The translations under genes and the position numbers were made by a program. From Styela clava (lineage: Eukaryota), in the NCBI RefSeq assembly GCF_964204865.1, contig NC_135250.1:6696001-6760000 (forward strand): DNA of 64,000 bases, given 5' to 3'. The notes under the pieces are model-generated. The model had not been told where the DNA came from. It saw only the letters and a program-made list of their open reading frames with translations, and did not search any database. Of this stretch, positions 1 to 11,420 are shown piece by piece; the first letter of the stretch is position 1; every line of letters begins with the position of its first letter.

Positions 1-167
1 AAATATTCCATGCTGAGAACCGATTGCATTTTTTTATTTCGCAATCTGTGCCTGAATATCAATAATTGTTTTTTTCATTGTTTGCTCACAATTAATTTCA
101 AACAAATTTATTTATCGCCATATTTAAACTGCATGATTGCTCTTTTCTTGTCATTGTTGTAAACTGC

Positions 168-209
168 TTGTCTGAGGAAGTCTGATTTTGGTCAGACGAA
201 ACGTTACAG
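168..209 (+). ncRNA. Minimal type-I hammerhead ribozyme motif, copy 1
   Basis: TTGT-CTGAGGA(172-178)-A-stem II GTCTGA/TTTTGG/TCAGAC(180-197)-GAAA(198-201)-CGTT-ACAG. Stem III is reduced to palindromic AACGTT, and TGT/ACA forms a short stem I. Confidence 0.7.
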
Positions 210-755
210 AAATATATTTGTGTTAGTGTGCAGCAGGACTCTTGAATTGCATATTATAGTATTTTATTCCTGCTACAGCATCCTTGCATTACATGCATAC
301 GGATCCACTAGCGCAAAGGCATAGAGAAAGGATTGGGAGTTAGTCTCGCGCAACCTCTACTGATCGTTATATTAGCCTTTTTCGCGTGACTTCTGTATCC
401 GAATGGATCCTGCCAAACTCCGGACTCGACAACTACCACAAGAAAAGAATTTAGAAGCAATACTAAAAAGAATTCAACGCCTTTAAAAGAACCACATTAT
501 AAGGACCCTGGCTATCAAGATCTGAGCCTAGAACACATTGATAAATGTTCTAGTGAAACTTATTGTGAAATCAAGCACGCCGCGGAACAAATATTCCATG
601 CTGAGAACCGATTGCATTTTTTTATTTCGCAATCTGTGTCTGAATATCAATAATTGTTTTTTTCATTGTTTGCTCACAATTAATTTCAAACAAATTTATT
701 TATCGCCATATTTAAACTGCATGATTGCTCTTTTCTTGTCATTGTTGTAAACTGC

Positions 756-797
756 TTGTCTGAGGAAGTCTGATTTTGGTCAGACGAAACGTTACAG
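756..797 (+). ncRNA. Minimal type-I hammerhead ribozyme motif, copy 2
   Basis: Identical to copy 1, CTGAGGA at 760-766, 588 nt downstream. Confidence 0.7.
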
Positions 798-943
798 AAA
801 TATATTTGTGTTAGTGTGCAGCAGGACTCTTGAATTGAATGAATATATACTGGAATTTATGATACATAAATAATTAACAGCTACGAAAATTTAAGTATGT
901 AATATATTCGTTTATAACATCTCAACAATATTATTATTATTAC

Positions 944-2774
944 CTATAATTATATTTAACGTCGTCCACACGCATGGCTCGTTTAATTTTTGCCATTCTC
1001 CGCACTGGAAATGAAGGAGGTTCACACGCGCGATCGTGTTTCTTCAGCATTTTCATTTCCGTGAAACCATCTGTACCGAGTACAGTATCATGTGTGCTCC
1101 CTAGAATCATTCCGCTTGTTTTTTTGAGATAAGAGAAAAAATTGCATTCCGCGTCTTGTTTCTGATAAAAATTTGAGCAGAAAAAATACAATCAGATTGT
1201 TCTGTTCAAAGTTTCATTCACAAATGAGCATGGTTATCGAATATCCCACTACTCTCTCAAGAGCGTTGCTGAAAACGCATTTGGTATTGGAATTTTGTGG
1301 AAATTACTAAATTAGGAAATAAAATGTCGCCTTATCGAGCGATGAATGATAACACAATTTACCTGAAATCCGACATCAAATTTCAAATAGCACAGTTCCT
1401 GCATTTTATCAACCGTAACCATAGAAACTAAGCGTGAAAGAAAGTTGAGATCAACCCTTCTTGAAGCTGGCACTTCACTTTCGTGAAACGTATCTCTGTC
1501 CATTCTATGGGGTAAAAACTGAGGAACGACAACTGTTCTATCAAATAAAAGGTATGAAATTATGACGTTAAGTGCCTAGCAAACAGTTGCCCAAAGTCGT
1601 GAGATTAGATGCCCTAATGTACGTACAATCTTTGGTCATCATTAAATTTAGGTAATTTCACCAAACGGACATGTCTCAAGATGAGTCATTATCGCAACTA
1701 ACGTGAGTCAGTTCAAGTCTAAAATCAGGTGGTTGAGTCAACCATAAGTGAAATTTCTCAATTACAGTATACGTCTTCATGCGTGCGCTATACTCGACCG
1801 GTATCAGTAAGGTATTTGCAAAATATTGTGTCTGCAACCGAATAATTAATTCTTAAAAAAAATGTGAAACTGCTGATGAATATTTTTAACATACCTATTC
1901 GTTTCAATTCCAATGAATATTGCTTCCTGAAATGAAATTAGTTCATTGCTCGGCCCATTTTGATTTGCTGGATATATTATTCGGGCTGGATTCAATTGAA
2001 TTAGCGGTTTATCAGATGGTTTCCAGTCCAGTTCATTTGCCCATTTTGGACACAATTCGTTTGTATCTTTAACCTGAAAAATTTATGTTTGGCATGGCCT
2101 TGGGTAGTTCTATATTACTAAAGGATTTTCAGCGTAATTATAATAGCTTACACAAACGTTTCTATTCACTTTGCAAGCTCGTAAATTACCTTCTCTCCTT
2201 CAGACTGGAACTTGTTCGATTTACGAGATTCACAGTTCCATTGGCGCATTGCCAGCAAACGTGATATTTCGTCCGCGTCTTTCTGTTTACGAATAGGAAC
2301 TGTGACCAAAAATAAGACAGTGTATTGACTTTTTTGTTTATTTAACTTAACACGCCTCGTCATGTTTGGTGCACTTATTAGATGGAGTTTATTCGACATG
2401 CTAACCACTGGATTGCCATACTATTAGTGTGACATAGCTTATTATAGTAAGGTGGCATGGATACACACCAAGAAGACAAAGCGAAAAATGTTTTTCTACT
2501 TGTTGATATAAATTATTGATTAGTGTTATTGGCATATAAAAATAACTTGAAATCGTATTTCCACTTTTTAATAGAAAACTGTAATTTATTTCAATTTCAA
2601 AAATGCTATGGTTTCACCAAATCACTCTACTAACTGAAAGGACAATATTTTAACTATATAAAATTCCATTTTTTGCTTTTGATTACATTCATCTATATAC
2701 AAGATTCTAAAATAAGTATGGCAAATCTCTCACTTGTTTCTTCTGAATTTCTTCTAATATTTTCACGGAGTATC
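944..2774 (-). CDS. Partial uncharacterised multi-exon protein-coding gene
   Basis: Phase-compatible GT-AG exons at about 2774-2734, 2300-2190, 2073-1895, 1504-1363 and 1004-944 read ...ILRENIRRNSEET/IPIRKQKDADEISRLL...EGEK/VKDTNELCPKWANELDW...GIETN/RMDRDTF...ELCYLKFDVGFQ/CGEWQKLNEPCVWTTLNIII. The 5' and 3' ends were not located and the family was not recognised. Confidence 0.6.
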
Positions 2775-3916
2775 CTGTTCGGCGACATGAAATAAAGCAG
2801 ACATACCACCAACATCGCAAGTTCAGCTACAACTCTACAAATTTTAAATATTGGACGGTGCTTTAGCCATATCATTGCAGCAAATTTTATAATTTATCGG
2901 TACTAGCCTATTTTGTCTTTCTACCAGTCTAATTCGAAATAAGAGAAATTAGGAATAATGGTAATTATACACTTTAATCTCTTTTCAAATAGTACAAATT
3001 CCACAATCTATTGGCGAATGATTCGGCTTTAAGAATTTTGCTTCTTATACAGCTTTTATCGGAGTCATTGGGTTCTCTAGTTTACCTGTTGATTATTTAC
3101 ATTTTAGGTACTGGTTGATGCAAGAATTCACTCTAGTCAAGTTTGAAAATGTAACTAAGGCGGAAGGAACATGTACTGAAAGTTTTTTGAAAAACTCAAT
3201 AAAAGTTTGAAATCACATCAAATATGAGCAAAACTGTATTGAAATGCGGGTGCTATAATAGCCCAAACCGCCTCTGAAACATACTTCGTATTGTTTTATA
3301 TCCTCCTTGTTTGCTGCCCCGAAAACGGGTTTCGTAAGTTACTTCTAGTAAGTTAGTGCAAATAAAACTGATTGACATCACGATCCCGCATGCCAAGCAG
3401 TAGAGTAACTGAGTACAAATGATTTTGATATTTGTTCTCGAGAGAAAGCAACTGTTTATAATAATAATAACTCAACTAAACAAATTTTTCTTTCGGACTC
3501 ATCTTTTACTTCAAATATCGGAGCACAGAGATTGCCCCAGGCTATTTATGTTCCCTATATGTTCAACGCGGGTAATTGTCACCTGTAATTTGACCCAAGC
3601 CAGCGTATCAAATTAGTAGCCTTGAGTACAGTATTGTCATATTTTACGATAGAAACAAATTCCTGTCGACAATAAAATCTACGGGTTCTCATATCTACAG
3701 CTTGTCTGGCAGTTTGTAATTAACCCTTCCGTTTTGTTTTTGAATAATCGTTTGTAAATACTCATTCGTGAGTAAATTCATTCATGAGTAGCCTAATTCT
3801 TCATTCTCCCGTCTCACAATACAAAGTATGAAAATAATATGTTTGAAGAGAGGAAACTGGGGAACGCAAATAAAACTGGAATTAAAGGTAAATTAAAACC
3901 TGCGGAAGTGTTCTCG

Positions 3917-5085
3917 TATCGTGTTTCCTCAAAAATGAGACAGTATCCTATTTCATTTTTTTGTTCGAAAAATAACACTAGGGCTTATTTTTAGAGGATT
4001 TCTTTTATTTTCATTTATCAAAAACAAAATTACGAAGTAGAGAAGTACGAGATTTCCAAATATACAAAATTTGGAAACTGATCTTCATTTAATTATAAAT
4101 AACCCTTTACCCGCTCACGCGTTGGAATTATTCATTTAAATTTTAAAACGTGTAGGAGAGATTTCTTCTTATCGACTCGGTAAAAAAAAATTTCGCGCTA
4201 TCGACTAGGTCAGGGGTGGGCAACCCCCGGCACGCGTGCCAAACTTGGCGACGGAAGTCTCGGAATTGATATCATTTTCCTTCAGGTAAAAAGCTTCAAG
4301 ACTCTGAATTATATGATGAAACTCGGTTTTCGTTCATTCATTATAGTTTGTTAACAATCCATTATTTATTTAAACCCTTTTTGCTCTTTCATTGCGTATA
4401 TGGCTACAAATAAATATATTATGAAGAGCGCTGTGCCTGTGCCACCCTTTCTCTTCATTTCTACTTGAGTTATGAAGTTGTAAAGCTCATGTTGGCTAGA
4501 TTGGCTAGAGTTACTTGCTAACTTACTGTCATAAATTGATTTCGAAAGAAATATAAGCGATCAGGGAAGGGAAGACAAGGGAGGAGTGCAGAAACGAACT
4601 ATTGCGTGATTGGGATGCCATTTCCGAGAATTTTTCGTGTTCTAAAAAAATTTGCAACTGCATTACTCTCCATGTTTTCATCTACATATTATGCTTGTGA
4701 ATTTTGGTTCTCAGTTATGAACTTTATTGAATCTCGTAAAAGGAGTAGCCTGGAAGTTATAAAATATAAACCCAATGTAAAATCTTTATCAGCGGTAATG
4801 CAGCTGATATAGAAAAAGTAATCAAATCTATTGTCAAACTGATATTTTCCCGATTATTGAATCTGTCTGTATATGTTTAAAAGGGTTATTATTGTGTATT
4901 TCTGCTTTAAAAATGGCAAAGCATTGTTTTTAATTTCGGTCGGCACGCGGAACTGTTTTGTCGATAAAATTTGCCGATTTTGGCACGCGAGTCAAAAAAG
5001 GTTGCCCACCCCTGGACTAGGTCTTATCTTAAGTGGAAGCTTATATTGAATTCAGAATAAGTCTTATTTTTAGGGAAACCCGGTA
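3917..5085. mobile_element. pogo/Tigger-like MITE interrupted by a hAT insertion
   Basis: Imperfect TIRs TATCGTGTTTCCTCAAAAATGAGAC (3917) and GTCTTATTTTTAGGGAAACCCGGTA (5061-5085). Superfamily assignment is inference from the TIR pattern. Confidence 0.5.
4211..5014 (+). mobile_element. Non-autonomous hAT (Charlie/Buster-type) transposon
   Basis: Perfect 15-bp TIR CAGGGGTGGGCAACC/GGTTGCCCACCCCTG and perfect 8-bp TSD GACTAGGT (4203-4210, 5015-5022). Internal 4606-4812 encodes the hAT C-terminal dimerisation remnant LLSMFSSTYYACEFWFSVMNFIESRKRSSL. Confidence 0.9.
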
Positions 5086-5462
5086 TACTCAGTAAAGTAA
5101 AAAAAACAAACTTAACATAACACGATTGAAAACAACATCACTCCAGAGTTATATAAATGCTCTGATCACTCTGAAAACGTAAGTACAAGAAGTCCGTAGT
5201 CAAGTTGCGAATTCATTGAAATTTTTACTTGTCCAGTGGCAGCACCTATTGTCCCATTAAATGTTTATTCTAAAAAAATCTATTTTCTTAATATTTAATT
5301 TCATGGTACGGTCAAAATTAAGTCCGGTGACTCCAGAGTTAGTGATAGACTAAATTGCTGACTAAGGCTGCGCACAAAATGGATTTAGCTGATTCATGAT
5401 ATCACTATATCGTTATCGTTTCTCAATTCACCGCTCGCTATTTTGATCTGTGCAGTGAAGTT

Positions 5463-7621
5463 ATGGAGTTTTTAATTGGAATCAGAGGTCCAGATTTTGT
5501 ATTGCTTGCTGCTGATACTTCTGCAGCAAGGAGTATTGTGGTATTTCAACAAGGTAGGCGATCTGTGAGTTTATTTTTCTCGTATACGGTATAGGGGTGT
5601 AAAGCCCTTCCGCTGTTTCGCGTGGGGTCACTTGGTTTTCTGTTTACACTGCCACAGACAGTAAGTACCTTACCGACCTAGTTACCGTACGGTACCGTAG
5701 TACTTGCACCAGTTATTGCATATTTTTATGGTTTTGATCTGATACCGGTACCGGTATTGAAATCAATCAGTTATAACATAATGAACTACTCCATTTTTAT
5801 CAATACAGCATTACTGCATTAAGCGTGACAGTTCTATATCTGCGTATTCAATGCGATTTCTTATCGAATGTTATCCAAACTTGAGTTGATACAAAATGAT
5901 TTTTTCACAAGCTTTAGTATTAAAGTACCGGTAATAATTTTAGTCAATACCGGTATCAGTTATAATCTCTGAAGTATACCGCTACCGGTACCTATTTGAA
6001 GAATTTCGTTTACATTATCAAAGTATTAAAAGTGATCATGAATCATGGCTCAAAAATAGTGCACCATTTGCTAAAAACCATCGAAAAGATTTCGAGAATA
6101 TCCACATTGTGACTTATTCATTTTACAGATGAAGATAAAATGGTCAAATTGGGGTCGAACACATTAATGGCTGTTTCTGGTGAACCTGGGGACAGGGATC
6201 AGTTCTCAGAATATATTCAGAAAAATTTAACTCTTTATAAATTGAGAAATGGATATGAATTGTCTACACGAGCCGCAGCTAATTTTACTCGAAGGAATCT
6301 TGCGGAATATCTGAGAAGCAGGGTAATTTTTTATCGTTTTCAATCCATCGATCCATATAGAGCAGTTATATTTGTAAGTTCTCGGAAAAACCATTGGGCA
6401 TCTTTACTGTGTAGCCTATGGGTGATTTACTAAAGACTAAATATGTAAGCAAAAAGTTTAATGATAAGTGTCTGTTATGGTGAACATATAATAGAACAAG
6501 TTTGTTTCCATTGCAAAAAAATTTTTTTTTCCGAGTACAAAATTGTCAAAAAGTCTTTTTTTTTATTGCTGTTTTTGAAGTACCTCAATGTTTTTTGGGG
6601 AAGTCAAACAGCATCAATCAAAATTTCAGTGCAAAAATCCATGTGAGGCCGTGTCAGTCAATAGTACTGCTAAACTTCATTAAGGTTTTACCATAATCTT
6701 ATTCCAATTTTCCTTAGTTCTATTACAAGTTCGGGGACTAGCCAAGTGACTCCCGTAGTATTTGTACCTGAAATTATGGCCTAACCCCAACCTGGTACAC
6801 ATACTACTTTCCGGTGTCCGCCATATTGTTTCGCATACTACAGAAGTACCGAGTTATGAATATTAAAATGTGATAGATAGATTTCCTATTTGATTAGTTT
6901 CACTTTTTCATAATGTTTTTATTTTCAACAGACTCCATATATGGCAAATCTGTTGATAGGTGGTGTTGATCCAGACATGGGACCGGCACTGTATTTCATG
7001 GATTACTTGGCATCGTCAATGGAGGTACCCTTTGCTGCTCATGGTTACGGTTCATATTTTTGTCTTTCTATATTGGACAGACTGTATCGTCCAGATTTAT
7101 CCAAACTTGAGGCAGTTGAAATCTTGGATAAATGCATGCAAGAGGTTTGTATTGTTTTTTATATCTTTATTTAAAATTTTTGTTCATTGAGTTTTGATTC
7201 GAATCCTTTCCTCATTTATCTGAGCATTATGAACACATTAGTCATAAGACTACTAATCATCCTGAATGAGAGTCACAACACATGTCCAAGTCTCCGGTGG
7301 ATCATAATTAGTATAATGTTGTAAATCATGACATCAGAAGAAAGTTCCTAGCTAAGACTGTGAATTCCACATATTGACCAATCACCAGGCAAAACTGACC
7401 AATTTGACTGGTAGACCACTGAGTCAAAGGCATAGATAGCATAAAGCAACATTTAAAATTATTTATATTTCTCATTTTTATAGCTGCGTAAAAGATTTAT
7501 CATTCAAATACCTGCTGTCAGAGTTCGTATTGTTGATAAAGATGGCATACATTCTCTCTCTGAAACCCTAGCAGAAAAAGATAGACCTTCAACAAAAGTT
7601 CCTGCTTTTGAGTTTGTATGA
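5463..7621 (+). CDS. PSMB2: Proteasome subunit beta type-2 (20S beta4), 211 aa, 4 coding exons
   Basis: Exons 5463-5553, 6129-6322, 6932-7144 and 7484-7621, all GT-AG and in phase. Protein [18 protein letters not shown]...[26 protein letters not shown]...[27 protein letters not shown]...MDYLAS...[15 protein letters not shown]...[10 protein letters not shown]...VDKDGI matches the PSMB2 family. Confidence 0.96.
6700..6842. mobile_element. MITE fragment in PSMB2 intron 2 (CCTAACC-containing family)
   Basis: CTCCCGTAGTATTTGTACCTGAAATTATGGCCTAACCCCAACCTGGTACACATAC is an inverted match to 44945-45000. Confidence 0.6.
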
Positions 7622-8238
7622 TTTCAAAAATTGCCAACGTTGAATTGTAGAATGTTGTACACATAATGAATGAGGAAAGCCAATTACTGTTCGTTGGCTC
7701 CTTATATATGTGCTGTGTCCAGTTAGAATGATACTCATTCCTTATAATTTTGAGAAGAATATTCAAAATTCCACCAGTGAGCAGAATTTTGATATTCATA
7801 CTCAAATCCTCTTTAAGCTACACATGCTTGAATTTTTGATAAAATGCTGATTCTTGGTTTTCTAAACAAAAATATAATTGAGCCAATTTCAGTTGAGCTC
7901 TGTTCTACTGATGTTTTGTTAGGACATCTAAAAAAATACATTGAATCGACTTCTTTGTGTTTGATGCATTTTGCAGTTTGTAAGTTCATTCTAGCAGGTT
8001 GAAAATTCCTGAAGGTAACAGCTTCTGAATCAATATCTGGGTATTGTTTGATGTTCGTTTAGCAATAACTAATGTGTTGTGTTTGTCTGGTTTGCTTTTT
8101 TTTGTCATAGAGTTTGTGGTTGGATTGTAGAGGTGTTATTAGGCCCCTGTACGTTTTTGTGTCACCTTTCTGCAGACCGGTAGTAACCTTTCCACAGACG
8201 GCGATGGGCCACGGCCCGGTGGTTTCCGACTACCTGAT

Positions 8239-8548
8239 CCAGGGGTGGGTGAGCAAGGTTTTCAAACCACTGGCAAAAATTTTGCCCAGTTAGACTGGCC
8301 GGCCATGTGAGTGTGACGTAAAAAGTTACATTTTATGGACAATATTTACAGTGTTACAAATGTCAAAGTGGAAAACAATAAACCTCTGGCCAAAACTAAA
8401 TTTAATCGCAATTTCAACAAATTTCTTAAGCTATTTTTTAGTTAAAACATCAAAATTAGGCTTTAGTTCGGTTGTGGCAGCATCAGACTGGCTATATTGA
8501 ATAACCCAACGGGCCGGGTTTGGCCAGATGCTGTAGTTTGCCCATGTC
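8239..8548. mobile_element. hAT-type MITE, degenerate
   Basis: Starts CAGGGGTGGG and ends GGGCCGGGTTTGGCC...TAGTTTGCCCATGTC, similar to the ends of the 4211 element. Confidence 0.45.
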
Positions 8549-9989
8549 ATGTATAGACTATACTTGCAATATAGTTTATCAAGGGCACAATTCTCAGGGG
8601 TTTGCAGCATTTACTGTAGTGGTGAGATTCAGCGGGCATGCCAAAACTACTTCTTGAATTGGTTTGATAATCAGCGAACCTGTTCTTGTTTTCTATTTTG
8701 GACATTAGAAGACCGCATCAAATCGGTAACGTGCACCGCAGCTGACGACTAGGTTCTATATTTGGCGTTTCGCAAATTCTGCATAAGATGTAATGAAAAT
8801 TTGTATCTAATATATAGAAAGAAAAATGTGAATTTAATATGAAGGGAACCTGATCTTAATTCAGAATCTCAGCACAGATTTATTAATATTAAAACCTAAA
8901 CCGAGTTCTTTTTTAAATGTCCTGCATGATGTCTAGTTAAAATCTAGCGACTTTGTATTGAGCATTGTTGGGTTGGTGTCGAAAACGTATAACGCAATAT
9001 ATATTGGAGAAGTGTTGCATATTGCATCATCTATAGGTGGACACAGAATAATCTTCATACAAGGTGAACCGAAAAAACGGAACCCATAGAATACCGGTAT
9101 GTTCCAAATGGACTAGGTTTTGGGTTACCGAACTACACCCATCACTGATTGCAATGTAATAAAGTTCATTGCAGTGTTGATTATTGTGAAAAAAATATCA
9201 GGAATTTTGTGAAAATTCGCGGCACACTTTCAAGACCTTGCCGCGGCACGCAGGGAAACCCTGGATAAGTACATGAAAACCCCAAATTGGATGTCCCGTT
9301 GATGACGTAGTAGTGAGAGCTCTTCGCCTAATTTTGCATTAGGTCAAAGGCAATTATAGCGTTCTGTGTACTTATTTTGAACTAATTCTATTAATTCTGC
9401 CGTGCATTTGGAAAACGCTTCAGTAGTTTAAACATATACCAACGTCCTAAATAATATTATTGCATTATAAGAAATTACAGTAAACTCAACTAATTGAGGT
9501 CAAGATGTACTCGAGTTTTGTGCTGGACCTTTTGCCGCAACATATTTTTCCAATGAAATAACGCATACCGGGCTATTTTTTGTCTCAAATCATCTATATA
9601 CATTTTATAATTTATTTGGGTCTGTTACTAGTCTTTTTGTTATATTGTCGGTATATATAGATTGCAGATGTTAATTTTCTGCGCAGACATAAATTAAAAG
9701 CTAAAAACGATCAAGACTTGTTGCAATTGACCCGCAAAATCTTGTTTTAATCTTATTAACTGTCGAAAGAATAATATTTACGGATAAGGGATTTAATAAA
9801 ACTGATTTGTAAGAGTTGTGCCGCGACTTTTTCATCTCGCTGTTAGTGTGAAGCTGCAAGCTGAAAAAGTTTTGGAACCCCTGTCCTGTACTAATCAGCA
9901 GTGCGCTTACGGGGAACTTGTCAGCGCTCATCGCGATGTTTCGGATACAATCGGACGTGATATTAACTCAAAAAAACAAGACTATCTCA

Positions 9990-10283
9990 GCGACGGTTGG
10001 CGCATCGTGCTAAGCGTTAGGAATTTGCGTGGGTTTGAATCCCGTTGAAGACAAAATTAAGTGCGGGAGATTTGCTGGGTACGTCGCCGCCATAGGGTCG
10101 TTTACGTAACAGGTGGTCAGTTGACGGTTAAGGCTTCCTCTATCATCCAGTCAATGCATTTAAAACCTAAAACTCGCTATCTAATCCCATACTCGGTAAC
10201 TCCACGAGAGGCTGTGGTACACCATATGATTAAGCAGTATTATTGGCTTTCCTCTCCCCATGAATAAATATGAAAATCCTACT
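9990..10283 (+). mobile_element. tRNA-derived SINE, diverged copy
   Basis: A-box-like TGGCGCATCGTGCTAAGCG, B-box-like GGTTTGAATCCC, 3' CTCTCCCCATGAATAAATATGAAAATCCTA. Colinear with the copy at 45417-45711. Confidence 0.7.
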
Positions 10284-10646
10284 CCAACCGCAAGACTCTC
10301 TGCATCAGCCGTTCCGCCTATTTTATATATCCATTGCGAAATGTGTAATGAACGGTGTTCTAAACCTTAAGCAAACGATCAAATTTTAACTTTATTTAGT
10401 GTTTATTCAATTCTTATTTTATGGATAAAAGAATCACGTAAACACTTAATTACATGGGATGGTTTGAAAATTGAAGATATTTGTTGGCGATTGAAGTACT
10501 GTTCCAGGTCAGGTGAAATCAGGATATGATCAATGGCTGTGGAATTGACGAGCGACTTTTAGTATTCATATACCAATGGTTTTGAATTTGATTAGATTCC
10601 AGTCGTGAAATTTAGTAGACAGAAGTATTAGTCGTCTTTCCATAAC

Positions 10647-11420
10647 TTATAGGCCATATCCTCCAGTGACTTCCAAGCATGCCCCATTTACGAACGAACT
10701 TTCTTCACATGCCAGAAATAAAATACAGCTTGCTACTTCTTCGGGCTTTGCTATTCTTTTCATGGGAATATCTTTTTCAAGAGAAGCAATATGGTCTTCC
10801 GGAAAAGTTTCGAGTAACGGTGTTTTAGTAGGACCAGGTAACACTGCATTGCAACGAACTTTATGCTGAGCATATTCTAACGCAGCAGTTTTAGTTAATC
10901 CAATTACCCCAAATTTAGAAGAACAATAACTCGACACTCCTGGGAATCCTTGTATTCCATACCGGCTCGATACATTGACTATGATTCCTCTGGTGTCCTC
11001 GTCGTCTCTGGATATTCCTAACGACATCATAAATTGCTTGCACATTATAAAGGTACCTTTCAAATTAACTCGAATGGTATCATCAAAAACTTGCTCTTCC
11101 GTTTCGCTGAGAAAACGTTGGGTTTGTGCGATGCCTGCACAGTTAATAAGCACAGTCACTTTCTTTCCAAGTTCTTCCTCAGCGGTCTTGAAGGCTTTTT
11201 GAACTTGATCAGATGAGGTTACATCAGCTTTAATGGAACAGTGTATGCAGTCTTGTTTACTGTCCATAAGTTTTATAGTCTCCGCGATTCCGTCTTGATT
11301 TGAATCCAAAACCGCAACGCTGCAACCTTCTCGGGCAAATACTTTGCAAACTGAGCGTCCTATTCCACTTCCTCCTCCAGTCACAATAGCAGCCTTCCCC
11401 GATAATCGATAAAGCGACAT
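10647..11420 (-). CDS. HSD17B8: HSD17B8/FabG-like classical SDR, copy 1 (most divergent), 257 aa
   Basis: TGGGSGIG, Asp at the end of beta2 (VLD), NCAG, VNLKGTF, NVSS, YCSSK, RCNAVLPG, EVTGG. Single coding exon. The symbol denotes family likeness, not proven orthology. Confidence 0.88.
   Translation of the reverse strand: MSLYRLSGKAAIVTGGGSGIGRSVCKVFAREGCSVAVLDSNQDGIAETIKLMDSKQDCIHCSIKADVTSSDQVQKAFKTAEEELGKKVTVLINCAGIAQTQRFLSETEEQVFDDTIRVNLKGTFIMCKQFMMSLGISRDDEDTRGIIVNVSSRYGIQGFPGVSSYCSSKFGVIGLTKTAALEYAQHKVRCNAVLPGPTKTPLLETFPEDHIASLEKDIPMKRIAKPEEVASCILFLACEESSFVNGACLEVTGGYGL

Larger units (their letters stand above)
1..837 (+). mobile_element. Tandem 588-bp direct repeat, Penelope-like element (pLTR) or retrozyme-like remnant; extends left of the window
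   Basis: 1-~248 is repeated almost identically at 589-~837 (offset 588). Each unit holds a hammerhead core. The spacer translates in one frame to KEPHYKDPGYQDLSLEHIDKCS, reminiscent of a decayed GIY-YIG C-terminus (inference). Confidence 0.6.

Noticed and set aside
538-750. 70-aa ORF as a host gene
   Set aside because: It lies in the repeat unit, starts at TTG and has no recognisable domain.
5463-11420. Proteasome beta gene next to HSD17B8-like genes as proto-MHC synteny
   Set aside because: The MHC-linked subunits are PSMB8/9 and their paralogs; this gene is PSMB2, so the linkage does not support the claim.
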